DNA of 64,000 nt from Rhizodiscina lignyota (taxonomy: Eukaryota), in NCBI GenBank assembly GCA_010015805.1, contig ML978131.1, positions 992,001 to 1,056,000 on the forward strand, written 5' to 3'. Made by a program: the position numbers and the translations under genes. Shown piece after piece: positions 13,078-23,327 of the stretch (positions are counted from its first letter, which is position 1; each line of letters starts with the position of its first letter). The notes under the pieces are model-generated. The model did not search any database and was not told where the DNA came from. It was given only the letters and a program-made list of their open reading frames with translations.

Positions 13078-13620
13078 ATCCGCAGCCAAAGACGGCACGA
13101 ATGACAATTGAGAAGTAAGACGGCAGCGGGCACGCTTAAGAGAATGAGTGACTGGAGCTGAAGGAAGAAGAGCGTGCTCCGATATCCTGCTACGAAACGT
13201 CACCTTAAGAGTTAAAGGCCATCAAGTGTCGGCGTCTGCGTCTCGCACTTTCAAGGCGGACCGGGCCACAAGGCCCTTTTTTTCGCGGCCACAACTGCGA
13301 ACTGCCGTTTCGTGATTCATCTTCGCGAGTAGTTGGAAGATCAACGCAATTGAACGTGAATTTAGCTAAGGTACCTGCGCGGCCCCAGGAGTTCCTATCG
13401 CGTTGGGGAATCAGCCAGACCCACAATGCGGATGCGAGAGAGAGTCCGATGAAGATGCCCACTCGGCCCTTTCTCATTGGCCTCATGGTTGGCGTTTGTT
13501 ACGATTGAGCCATGATTAAATTCCAGGATCCATCGCCGTACACATGTTACGTCTACCTTATGCATAAAGAGCACGCAGCTCCCGACACCTGTCGAGCTTC
13601 CTTTTCGACGTAAATCCATA

Positions 13621-15340
13621 ATGCAATCTGCAGACGAGCCTGCGCCGATCGCCGAGCCTGCGCCGACCTCTGGCGTCGAAGGAAATTCCATTTTGACAGA
13701 GGAAGATTCAACTCCAGCACCACATCACGAAGAGTGGCATAGCAACCCAAAGAATGCGCAAGACCTTTCGACAGACGTTTTCATTGATGACGACCTCGTC
13801 AATGGCTCTCATACGACGAGACAGGATCCATTCGCCGTGGGGTGGGAAGAGCCAGTGGATCAAGATCCTGCGAATCCGCTGAATTGGACATCGTGGCAAA
13901 CGAATGTCAACATCGGTGTGATATCCTTTCTGTCATTCCTGACGTGAGCAGAATCGCTCCTCAAGTACGATGCGAGTTTTGCTGACGCCGACTGCGGTCC
14001 TCTCGCATCGTCCATGTTTGCGCCCAGCGTACCTCAAGTCATGCAAGACTTCAAAAGCGACTCCAACCTACTTGCAGCTTTTGTCGTCTCCGTCTATATT
14101 CTCGGCTTCGCATTTGGCCCTTTGGTTGTCGCCCCGATCAGCGAGCTCAAAGGTCGCTTAATCGTATATCATACTTGCAACACACTTTTCTTCGTCTTCA
14201 CCATAATCAGCGCATTGTCACAGACCATGGTCATGTTGATCGTATTTCGTTTTCTTGCTGGCTTTGTAGGCGTTGCGCCTACCACTATTGGCAGCGGCAC
14301 TATTGCCGACTTGATACCGCGCGAGAGAAGAGCTCTATACATGTCGTTGTGGTCAATGGGCCCCATTCTCGGTCCTGTGGTAGGACCCATAGCCGGCGGC
14401 TTCCTGGCTGAGGCAAAGGGATGGAGGTGGGAATTCTGGGTATTGGCCATGGTGGTAAGCCTCTTTTCTACACCACGTCATTAGAATATGGACTGATTTG
14501 GCAAAGGGCGGTACAGCAACAACGGGAGCATTTCTAATCCTCCGAGAGACCTTTGCCCCAGTCGTTCTGGAGAAGAAAGCTGACCAGCTTCGCAAATCAA
14601 CGGGCAACCCGTTGTACCATTCAATACTCGCGTCTAATATCCCGCCCAAAGATCTGTTCCTACGGAGCATTGTTCGGCCCTCAAAAATGCTTATTATGGC
14701 TCCGATCGTCTCCCTGATGAGTATCTATGTTGCAGTCCTGTACGGCCTCCTCTACATTCTGTTCACAACCTTTACCTTCGTCTTTGAAGGACAGTACAAC
14801 TTTTCAACTGGCACGTCTGGACTATCCTTTATCGGAAGTGGCGTCGGCACGGTCTGTGGGGTCGTAGTATATGCGACACTCGGCGACAGACTCGTCCGAG
14901 TCCGCAACGCAGGAGGAGAGACGCCTGTACCCGAGGACCGCCTCCCTATATATCTAGTTCTACCCGCTAGTCTTTCTATTCCGGCCGGACTAATCATCTA
15001 TGGCTGGGCCGCAGACAAGCGTGTGCACTGGGTGGTCCCACAGATTGGAAATGCCGTCACGAGTGTTGGCATGATGATCATCGTCATGAGCGTTCAGACG
15101 TACCTCGTGGACGCTTTTACTGAGCATGCAGCGAGTGCGATCGCAGCGAATACAGTGCTACGAAGTGTCCTCGGCGCACTTCTGCCTCTATGTGGGCTAC
15201 AGCTATACGACGCCATTGGCCTTGGCTGGGGCAACACGCTGCTGGGGTTCATTGCGCTGGGCATGGCACCAATTCCTGTGTTGCTTGGGATGTTTGGTGC
15301 GCGGCTTAGAAACTCCAAGATGGGACGGGTGACTTTTTGA
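13621..15340 (+). CDS. MFS multidrug transporter (DHA1 family)
   Basis: DPANPLNW pre-TM1 motif, PISELKGR motif [15 protein letters not shown] motif C, ~12 hydrophobic segments. Two introns (13944 to ~13997; 14455-14507). Confidence 0.9.
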
Positions 15341-16085
15341 ATAACCAAAAACTGTCTCCATCTTCAGCGCGTCTTGCTGAGCTGATATAAGCTGATATCC
15401 ACATCCTCCTAGCTGGAAGGAGGAGGCATTTTTCCGTATTGAAACAAGCTGAGCCACAAGGTCAAGCTATGGGATACCACATGGCATCTAGCAGCGTTTT
15501 ACCTCGAACAATACAATACTAGTAGATAATGCTGCAGAATATCAATCTACTAATGTTATTGTCTCCCTGAACGTCTTGCCCTGAGCCCATAGCCTCCACG
15601 TTGAGACTCGAGGAACTGCCGAGCGCATTATCAATCCCACAGAGCATGTCCATTGTTTCGATCCAGACAAGGGGGGAAAGCCGTGATGGAGCTTATGGCA
15701 AGCCGCTCTCAAGAGCTACCACTTTTGTCTTTTGGTCTGGTTTCGCATCAACACGGACTCGGAGCCGATCTGCCAGTCAACCAATGAGGAGTTTGAGGGC
15801 TATGTCCATTTTACAGCAATCTACAGCAAAGACACGCAAGACTTCGGGCAGTGCCTTGCCCAGCCTGGCAGCTACTATGAGAAAAGCTTGGCGATATGAA
15901 TGGTGCCCTTGTAACGATCTTTATATACCTCATGGACGACATCTTCATTGCTCTGGCCTCTCTCTCACTCCTCCCAACGATTCCCTCGGCACAATTCTTT
16001 GATCTTCATCTACTCAAGTCATCAGAGCAATTCATATCCTCAAGCTACGAACTTCTCCTGAGTCGTTGTTTTGACTATTTGCACG

Positions 16086-16973
16086 ATGTCGCCAGCGTCT
16101 TGTTTTCTACTATATAGATACCAGCCGTCCTCTGTACTGGCCGGCATCGCCATCGGCATCTACACACTGCTCACTCTGCTTCACCTCGTGCGCATGCTAT
16201 CTACGAGGACAAAGGACAACGTCTACTTCGTCCTGGCCGGAATGGCTGAGCTAACGGGCTATTGTGCCCGACTCTACTCCGCTGCCACTTCCTGTTCCGC
16301 AAACAGCGTCGTGGCGTATGGCGTCCAGTCTGTCCTCTTGATCCTGGGGCCTACACTCTTAATGTTCACCGTCGGCCTGATACAGCCGCAGTTTGTAGCT
16401 GTGCTGCATGGTGAGCAGTGCGTGTGGGTACCTCTACACCTGCAGCGTCGCCTTTACCTTGGGCTGAACGCCACTCTTCTCTTTCTCCAAATGTCCGGCG
16501 CAATCATCACGGTCATCAGCCACGACATAGGACTGCTGAAGATCGGTGGCAAAGTCCTCATTGCGGCCTATATCATCCAGATTGTATTCTGGGCTTTCTT
16601 GCTGGCAGAAAATACGTATTTCCGATTCCGGTTGCAACGGCTGAGGCAGACCCATGAGCTCCGCCACTGGAAATGGTGGATCCAGCTGTTCGGCCTTGCC
16701 ATCACGATCATTGCCTTTGGGCGCAATCTTGTGCGACTGACAGCGATTGGCGGAGTGACATTCCTGTTGGTGAACGAGTGGCCCAGCTATGCCTTTGACG
16801 GGTTCCAGATGGTCGTCGTCATGCTGGCATGGGGACTGTTTTACTTGCCTGGAGTCTTGAAGAAGCAACATGACCTGGTGGGCAGAGGCGATGTTCCGTA
16901 TGAGATGGATCACCGCTCAGAAGGAAGACCAGGCGACAACGCCAGCACAGAATCGAGACAGCCATTATGCTGA
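16086..16973 (+). CDS. RTA1-like lipid-translocating exporter / 7-TM membrane protein
   Basis: Intronless ORF with about 7 TM segments; N-terminal YRYQPS, ELTGYCAR, QSVLLILGP and EWPSYAFDG motifs typical of the RTA1 family. Confidence 0.75.
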   Translation: MSPASCFLLYRYQPSSVLAGIAIGIYTLLTLLHLVRMLSTRTKDNVYFVLAGMAELTGYCARLYSAATSCSANSVVAYGVQSVLLILGPTLLMFTVGLIQPQFVAVLHGEQCVWVPLHLQRRLYLGLNATLLFLQMSGAIITVISHDIGLLKIGGKVLIAAYIIQIVFWAFLLAENTYFRFRLQRLRQTHELRHWKWWIQLFGLAITIIAFGRNLVRLTAIGGVTFLLVNEWPSYAFDGFQMVVVMLAWGLFYLPGVLKKQHDLVGRGDVPYEMDHRSEGRPGDNASTESRQPLC

Positions 16974-17537
16974 CTTGAATGGGGCTCTCACGATAACTTA
17001 ACTGGAAAGGGGCAAGGGCAAAGATAGGTTGATCATGATAGAAAGCTGTTCGATGGATAATCTTGGGAGCGCAAGAGACGCCGGACGTCGTGAATGGAAA
17101 TAGTTCTACCATATCAATCAGATACCAAATTACAGCATGGAATTCCTGAGATACGTGCTCTCACCGTAACAAGAACGCTTGAAGGAGCGACCATAGGGCG
17201 TTGAGCGAATGTCTTCGAATGGTTGACGGTGGCTACGTGAAGTCGTGCCACTGCGAACTTGTCAGGAGGTGCCCAGAACGTCCTAGCGCGTGAGCACGTG
17301 CATTCGTGTATTACAGGATTTCTCCTTTAGAGATTCCTCTCTCTTCAATCAATCCACGAGATTCACAACTTCGTGCTTGCTACGTGCCTCTCCGATAGAA
17401 CTAGAGTAGGGTAGGATAATGGCTTTCTTCCTGCTTGGCAGAGCCCTCCTCCCAACGAATCTTGATCGGGCCTCGCATATTTTCCTTCATCATGGTGTTC
17501 GTCATGTCCAGACAGCATGTGACACGCGCCTGGCTTG

Positions 17538-17564
17538 GCACTCGCACTCGCACTCGCACTCGCA
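17538..17564. repeat. Hexanucleotide microsatellite (GCACTC)n, about 4.5 units, in the 5' region of the TF gene
   Basis: gcactcgcactcgcactcgcactcgca read directly. Confidence 0.85.
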
Positions 17565-17714
17565 ATCTCTCTGTCGCCCCATGTCCCATTAACTGCACGG
17601 CGTCCCGTTTTCTGTTTCTCATTCTCTCTCTGTCTCGTGGCGATCCTTCATTTCGTCTTCTACATCTTCTCGCAACTCTTTGTGGCCTTTGCAGCACTCG
17701 AGACTACCTTGTTC

Positions 17715-18975
17715 ATGCCGCGCCTCGGATCGCGCAAGTCACGAAGCGGCTGTCAGCAGTGCAAAGCACGTCATGTAAAGGTCAGCCTCATCCTACCCTC
17801 CCCTTTCTAGACCTTTCGAGGTGTGGCCTTGACTGGATTGATCAATGCGAATGGTCCGCAGAGAGTCTAGAGAATGCTGATCGAACAATTCTCCGCAGTG
17901 CGATGAAAAACGGCCTTGCGGCAACTGCATCAAGCATCAAGCCAATTGCTCACTGATCCAGCAAACGATCAATGAGCGGTCTGCTACATCTACTCGATCG
18001 GTACTTCTGCGCCCTCATTGATATTTATTCGGCTTCTAAAGCCTTTTTCAGACGCCTTGTTGCTCTTCGACTTTACTTTCCACGGGATCTCCGTCTAATG
18101 GCAATTCTCTTCCACAACCGTCATTCTCGCAGAGCCTTGACAATTCTCAGCTCCCAGAATGGCAAACTGATCTGCATTTGATGCACAACTATACTGCCTA
18201 TGCTGCCCATACCATCCCCGCCAACGACACCACACGAGCTGTATGGGTCTACAAGGTGCCGCAGGAAAGCTTCAGATTTCCATTCCTGTTGCACGGGATA
18301 CTAGCTTTCTCTGCATATCATCTGGCCTATCTAGATCATAGCGCGCAACAGACCTCTTACCATGCCCTTGCCAGGATGCATCAGACCGAGGCGATCCACG
18401 GCATGCGCGACGCTCTGCCAATGTTGGGCCAGGAGAACTGCCATGCGCTGTTCGTGACATCCAGCCTCCTGGCGTTGATGGCTTTCACAGAAAAGGACTC
18501 TCTGATCGCTCTAGTCGATATTAGCTCGATGTTGCGCGGCATGGATGCCATCATTGACAAGACCGAACAGCTCATCTATGCTGGCCCGTTCGCGTCGCTG
18601 TTTGCCTTTTACCCCGGAACGGATGTTCCAGAGTGTCTTTCTGTGCTGCTGACGGAGCTCCAAGGTCCCGAATTCGCGCGTGTCGCGGCGTCCTCGCGGG
18701 TCGCCAGCGTGGCAGCGTGGGAGCTTCGAGAAGCTATCGAATTCTGTCTGAAGCATGCACCATATCCTCTGCTCCGTGCCGTTATGTTGTGGCCAATTCG
18801 AGTGGACACCAAGTTCTGGGACGTGGCTCGAGAAGATCATGACTGGGCGTGCAAGCAGGTTCTGAAATGGTATGCGGCGATACTGGAGGAAGCCGGAAAT
18901 CATTGGTGGTTCTTGGGAAAGTGGAAAACGATGAAATGGTCCTGGCACGATGAGGATGTTGTAGTGGTTGCTTGA
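17715..18975 (+). CDS. Zn(II)2Cys6 transcription factor, Upc2/Ecm22-like C-terminal domain
   Basis: MPRLGSRKSRSGCQQCKARHVK|CDEKRPCGNCIKHQANC across intron 17781-17898; second intron 18001-18051. DLHLMHNY and FPFLLHGILAFSAYHL motifs. Confidence 0.85.
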
Positions 18976-19917
18976 GTACGGCACAACGCACAGCTGCGAT
19001 TCAAGCCGCATGAGACAGCCTTACGAGTCAACTGATTTACAGTAAGCTATGTCGAGAAACTGCTTCAACATTACCTGTGCCAGGCGTTCTAACAGAACAA
19101 GCCGATTTAGGGTCCAGACATTTTTCCAAGCCGTCTTTCTGTATGCTATTGCCATTAGGCTGCATCTACATTAGGAACTGACCATGCGTGGTTGAGGGGC
19201 TTCTATCACCACGTTAATCGTTACGACCATCAACAATAACTGAGAGAAGCTCTTACCACAACACATGGCGTTTCCATGGCCTGTGCGTATCAGCAGCATT
19301 CCACAAAAGGAGATGAAGCTGGGCTTCCCCCCTCCTTTCTTTTGTGGGGGGGTTGCAATCGCCGAATTCCCGCCAAAATGGCATCTCAACTATTCCGGCG
19401 GAGCTCAAGGCGGCACAGATATGAGTCGCTAGCGAAGGACTTTTATCGGGCTCTCGAGCTCTGCGCTGGGATCGCAAGTAGAGAGAACAACCGAGAGAGC
19501 CAGAGCCGTGAGGAGTTTGAGGGAAAGCTCTAGAGAGAAAGAAAAAGCCACTCCACCGTCGGGCAGGCTACGTCAGTATAGTAATTCCTACTAGTTGAAC
19601 AATCGCTATTGAAGAAGAGACAGAACGAGCTCCTTTGGAGCCAGGATTAGCGAGGTAGAGATTATGTAAAGAGAAGGGTGGATTAGAACGGAAATCCCAT
19701 TTTGAAAATCGGAGCATGTTTATTTTCTGAGTCAGTAATGATTACCTGAATAGGCGGTGCTCCTTGACACAGATTACTATCCAGAACTCCATCCAAAGGA
19801 AAATTCCCTGAAACTAACTCCGAAATCTTCATATTGCTCACTCCAAAGCGTTCCCCGCTTTCTCGCCCCCTCCATTGCAATCCCAGAAGCAGTATGTATC
19901 AGCACCTTCGCTCTCCC

Positions 19918-20580
19918 CTACACAACGCCATCAAGTTTCCTCTGACTGCTCGCATACTCCTTCTCCACAATCTTCAGCAAGCGCTCATTCGACGCATCGC
20001 CACGCAACGACATCATGAACATTTTCGCGTGGTACTCTTCCCGAAAATGTGCAAGCTGCTCGCTCAGTCCCTCGTGGGCCTTGCACTGCAACTCCATAAC
20101 CTTGATCATATCCGCCCTTATGGTCTTGATAACAGCCATTATGTTATCCTCGAACGCCCTGAAACGGATGTAACTTATGAGAGGCAGGTAGTATAAGGTT
20201 GTCTTCGTGTCCGATACTGTGTGTGCCGGCAGAGGCAGCGACGGGAGTGCGAGGCGGAGGATTTCTTGACGGAGCTCGGTAGGTAAGCCCAAGAGGCTTG
20301 CTTTTTTCGGGAGCGCTTCGTGAGACTTGGCTCTTCGACGTTCTGGCCTTACCAGCTCTGCTTCGGTCTGTTGATTTACTGGAATTGCGCATACCAGCTC
20401 CAGCCTCTCGCAGCCCGGTGCTGTAAGTTTTGCAGTTGATTGATTTGTCCTTTCGATCTCCGCCTCGTAAAGGTGCATTATTTCAAAGTTTCGCCAGCGC
20501 TCTGCCCTCCATTTGGCGACGCCTCGAAGGTTGGTTGCCGACGCCGTGTTGGATGTAGTCTTCTTGATGATGATTGCCAT
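19918..20580 (-). CDS. Hypothetical protein with F-box-like motif
   Basis: 220-aa ATG-initiated ORF containing SLLGLPTELRQEILRLAL followed by a helical/coiled-coil-like C-terminus. Confidence 0.55.
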   Translation of the reverse strand: MAIIIKKTTSNTASATNLRGVAKWRAERWRNFEIMHLYEAEIERTNQSTAKLTAPGCERLELVCAIPVNQQTEAELVRPERRRAKSHEALPKKASLLGLPTELRQEILRLALPSLPLPAHTVSDTKTTLYYLPLISYIRFRAFEDNIMAVIKTIRADMIKVMELQCKAHEGLSEQLAHFREEYHAKMFMMSLRGDASNERLLKIVEKEYASSQRKLDGVV

Positions 20581-21112
20581 GCTTGTTATGATGAGATTGG
20601 AGGTAGAGTGTAGTCTATAGATAGTGTTACGCGTAAAAGTCGGGTAAACAGTACATGAAAATTGGAAGGAGAGCTAAGTGCATTTACTCATACCTGAATT
20701 ACTCATGGCTGGGAGGTGGTGGAGGTAAAGTTTAAACGTTTGTCTTTTCTGCGCCGAATGACCAACGGGAGCTCTTGGAAAGGAAATGCAAGGACAAGTA
20801 TTGAACGATGAAATGTTAACAAAAGGAAGAAAGAAAGCGAGTCCGGTGTTGTTGGACTTTGTCTATTTCTCGAGCCTTGGTGGCTAAATTCCGAAGGGCA
20901 TTGAAATTTGAAAATACGGTAAAGCACAAAAATCATAGAGATGAGGGCATCAGAGGCATCAATTTGCAACCGTTCATCAATTGGTTCCGTACTGAACCTG
21001 TGCATGACGCAGATAACTGTCCATAATTCCTGAAATCAGTCAGTATCCACGCCATATGATATATCAGATCCTGTGACCCAAATGTTCGTCATAATTCCTC
21101 GACCACAGCACA

Positions 21113-22132
21113 TCATGTTAGACTCTTCTCCAGCGCTAACAGACTTTTAACCATATCCACGACACTCTCCTCCATAGTTCTATACGTCATCCCCAGTTCC
21201 TCAATCGACTTGCTATTGTCCAAATGGTACACGTTCGGGAACGGCGCTCCCGCATCGCCCTCCGGCGTCTTATCCTTCAGCTCCGGGAAGTTCTTGCGGA
21301 TAATATCGCAGAGCATCTGGTAGGTGTAACTAGCATTTGTGATCAGATACCGCTGGTTCGCCGCCGCCTCCGTGGTATACGCGAGCAGATGCGCCTTGGC
21401 GAGATCTCGCACGTCAGCATAGGCATAGAAGCCCGTCTCCGGAACGGATTTCTCGGAGCCGTTCATGAGGCGGTACACGTCTGCGGCAGACGTGTTAAGG
21501 TGGCTCATGCTAGAGACATCGTGCTCGACAGGGCCATACACCATGGGTGGCAGCAGCGTGGTGACGGTGAAGTTGGGATGCTCCTTCTCCTCGAATTCGT
21601 ACGCTGCATGCTCGGCTATCTCCTTGGACACAAGATACGCACTCGTGGGGTCGGCATTGCGTGCTTCCTCGATCGTCATGGGGTTCCAGTCGGCTTCGGT
21701 GTAGGTGTATCCAGACCGAAGGCCCTTCGACATATCGATGGCGGAGGCGAAGGAGGATGTGATGACTATGCGCTTCACTTTGGGGTTGTTCTTCTTCACT
21801 GCTTGGAGGATCGAGAGGGTGCCGTTGCGCGCGGGATCGAAGAGGTCCTTGTCGTAGTCCTTTGCGTTGAGGATGAACGGTGATGCGGTGTGGATCACGC
21901 CCTCGACGTCCTTGACCACTTCATCGAAAGCACCGGGGACGGAGATGTCTTCGACGTAAACAAACGAGAGAGCACCTGAGTCGACATATTTGGTGTAATG
22001 ATGCTTAACTCTTTCCTCGCTGCCTTTAGAGCGGACTTGAGCGCGGACGTGGAAGCCGGCGCCGAGGAAGGCGTCCAAGATGTGTGCTGCAATATAGCCA
22101 GAGGCACCGGTGAGAAGGACAGTCTCCGGCAT
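21113..22132 (-). CDS. NAD(P)-dependent epimerase/dehydratase-family reductase (Gre2/aldehyde reductase II-like extended SDR)
   Basis: ATG 22132; VLLTGASGYIA Rossmann motif, VIHTASPF, ITSS, catalytic YLVSK, DVRDLAKAH. Confidence 0.9.
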   Translation of the reverse strand: MPETVLLTGASGYIAAHILDAFLGAGFHVRAQVRSKGSEERVKHHYTKYVDSGALSFVYVEDISVPGAFDEVVKDVEGVIHTASPFILNAKDYDKDLFDPARNGTLSILQAVKKNNPKVKRIVITSSFASAIDMSKGLRSGYTYTEADWNPMTIEEARNADPTSAYLVSKEIAEHAAYEFEEKEHPNFTVTTLLPPMVYGPVEHDVSSMSHLNTSAADVYRLMNGSEKSVPETGFYAYADVRDLAKAHLLAYTTEAAANQRYLITNASYTYQMLCDIIRKNFPELKDKTPEGDAGAPFPNVYHLDNSKSIEELGMTYRTMEESVVDMVKSLLALEKSLT

Positions 22133-23327
22133 TCTGAGAGTGTTAGAGCTACGGGGCGTGAAAGTTGAAGTCAAAAGTGAAGCAGTCTGCGCCCTTGAGA
22201 ACAGGCTCAGCTGTGAGAGAGGCAAGAATGTTAGGAGAGCTTCAAAGCTATCCACGATGGACAATTGGCTCTAAAGTTAAGGGCTAAGCTGAACGAGACA
22301 AGTATAATCAACTTTGAACTAGAAGCTGCTTGATTTTAGAGTACGGTGATGGGATGAAGCTATGAAAAGGTAGAGACGCGTCGCGGTTCATTTATCCTCT
22401 CAGCTCTCCATTATCTCCATATACTTCCCTGACGAATTGTCGGAGTTACGCCCTTCTTGCATGTGCTACTTGCTTAGACATCCATTCCTCGAGTCCAAGT
22501 ATTGGCGTGCCAAGGTGTCCAAAGCCGTGGTTTGAAGCTGAAAAGTGAAGCCCCCCGATCTCGAAACCCATGATGATTAGTCAAGAAAAGGGCTAGTAAA
22601 CAAAGCTAATTATGTCAGTCACCCTGTGCTTAGCTAACATACGATAGTGGGGCAGGGAGACTTACTGCATTTCGATAATGCGACGGGAAGTGACTTGTGA
22701 TAGCTAGGAGGCATCGCGGCTGCATTGAAAGACTGGTGGAGAATGGGGCCTAAACAGGTAGTTGCAGGGTAAGCCGAAGGATCCAATCGTAGAATATCAC
22801 AACTTGAATACATGATGCTGTCAATTCGTGTGATTGGAGGGAGAAGAGGGCCAAGTTTCGGACATCGCGAAGCTCGCCTACCTAGCCTTTCTCTAAGACA
22901 ATTGCGAAACATTATTTGCTAATAATCCTCCGCATCAATGTAAGACTAATCGTCGCGCCTCTTAGGTATCTTGCCTCGTATCCCCAAAGCCATTAAGGAG
23001 CCTGAGATAATGAAGGTGATACACGTGATATTATTCAATATATTCGAGGTCGGAGCTAATCTACGGAGTACTAACTTTACAATTCGGCTCAGGGTTAGAG
23101 GCTGAGGGATCTTTCTCATCGTAACTAATGAAGACACTGATTCCATCGAAGAAAGTGGCATTCAGATCGTAATAGGAGCATGGCTGTCCAATAGCAAATA
23201 GCTTACAATGGGACCAACCAAACCGCAAAACTTTCGCCGTCGCCATGGTCGACAATCCAAAAACGCCATGAAACACCGCTCATCGGAACGATCCGAATTG
23301 TTACAAATCAAAATCAGAATTTGCATC

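Noticed and set aside
17188..17204. CGACCATAGGG resembling the 5' end of fungal 5S rRNA
   Set aside because: Similarity stops after ~11 nt; no internal A/C boxes or terminal stem.
19276..19660. Possible degraded coding sequence (MASQLFRRSSRR...)
   Set aside because: Short, interrupted by stops, and without recognisable homology; cannot be supported without a search.
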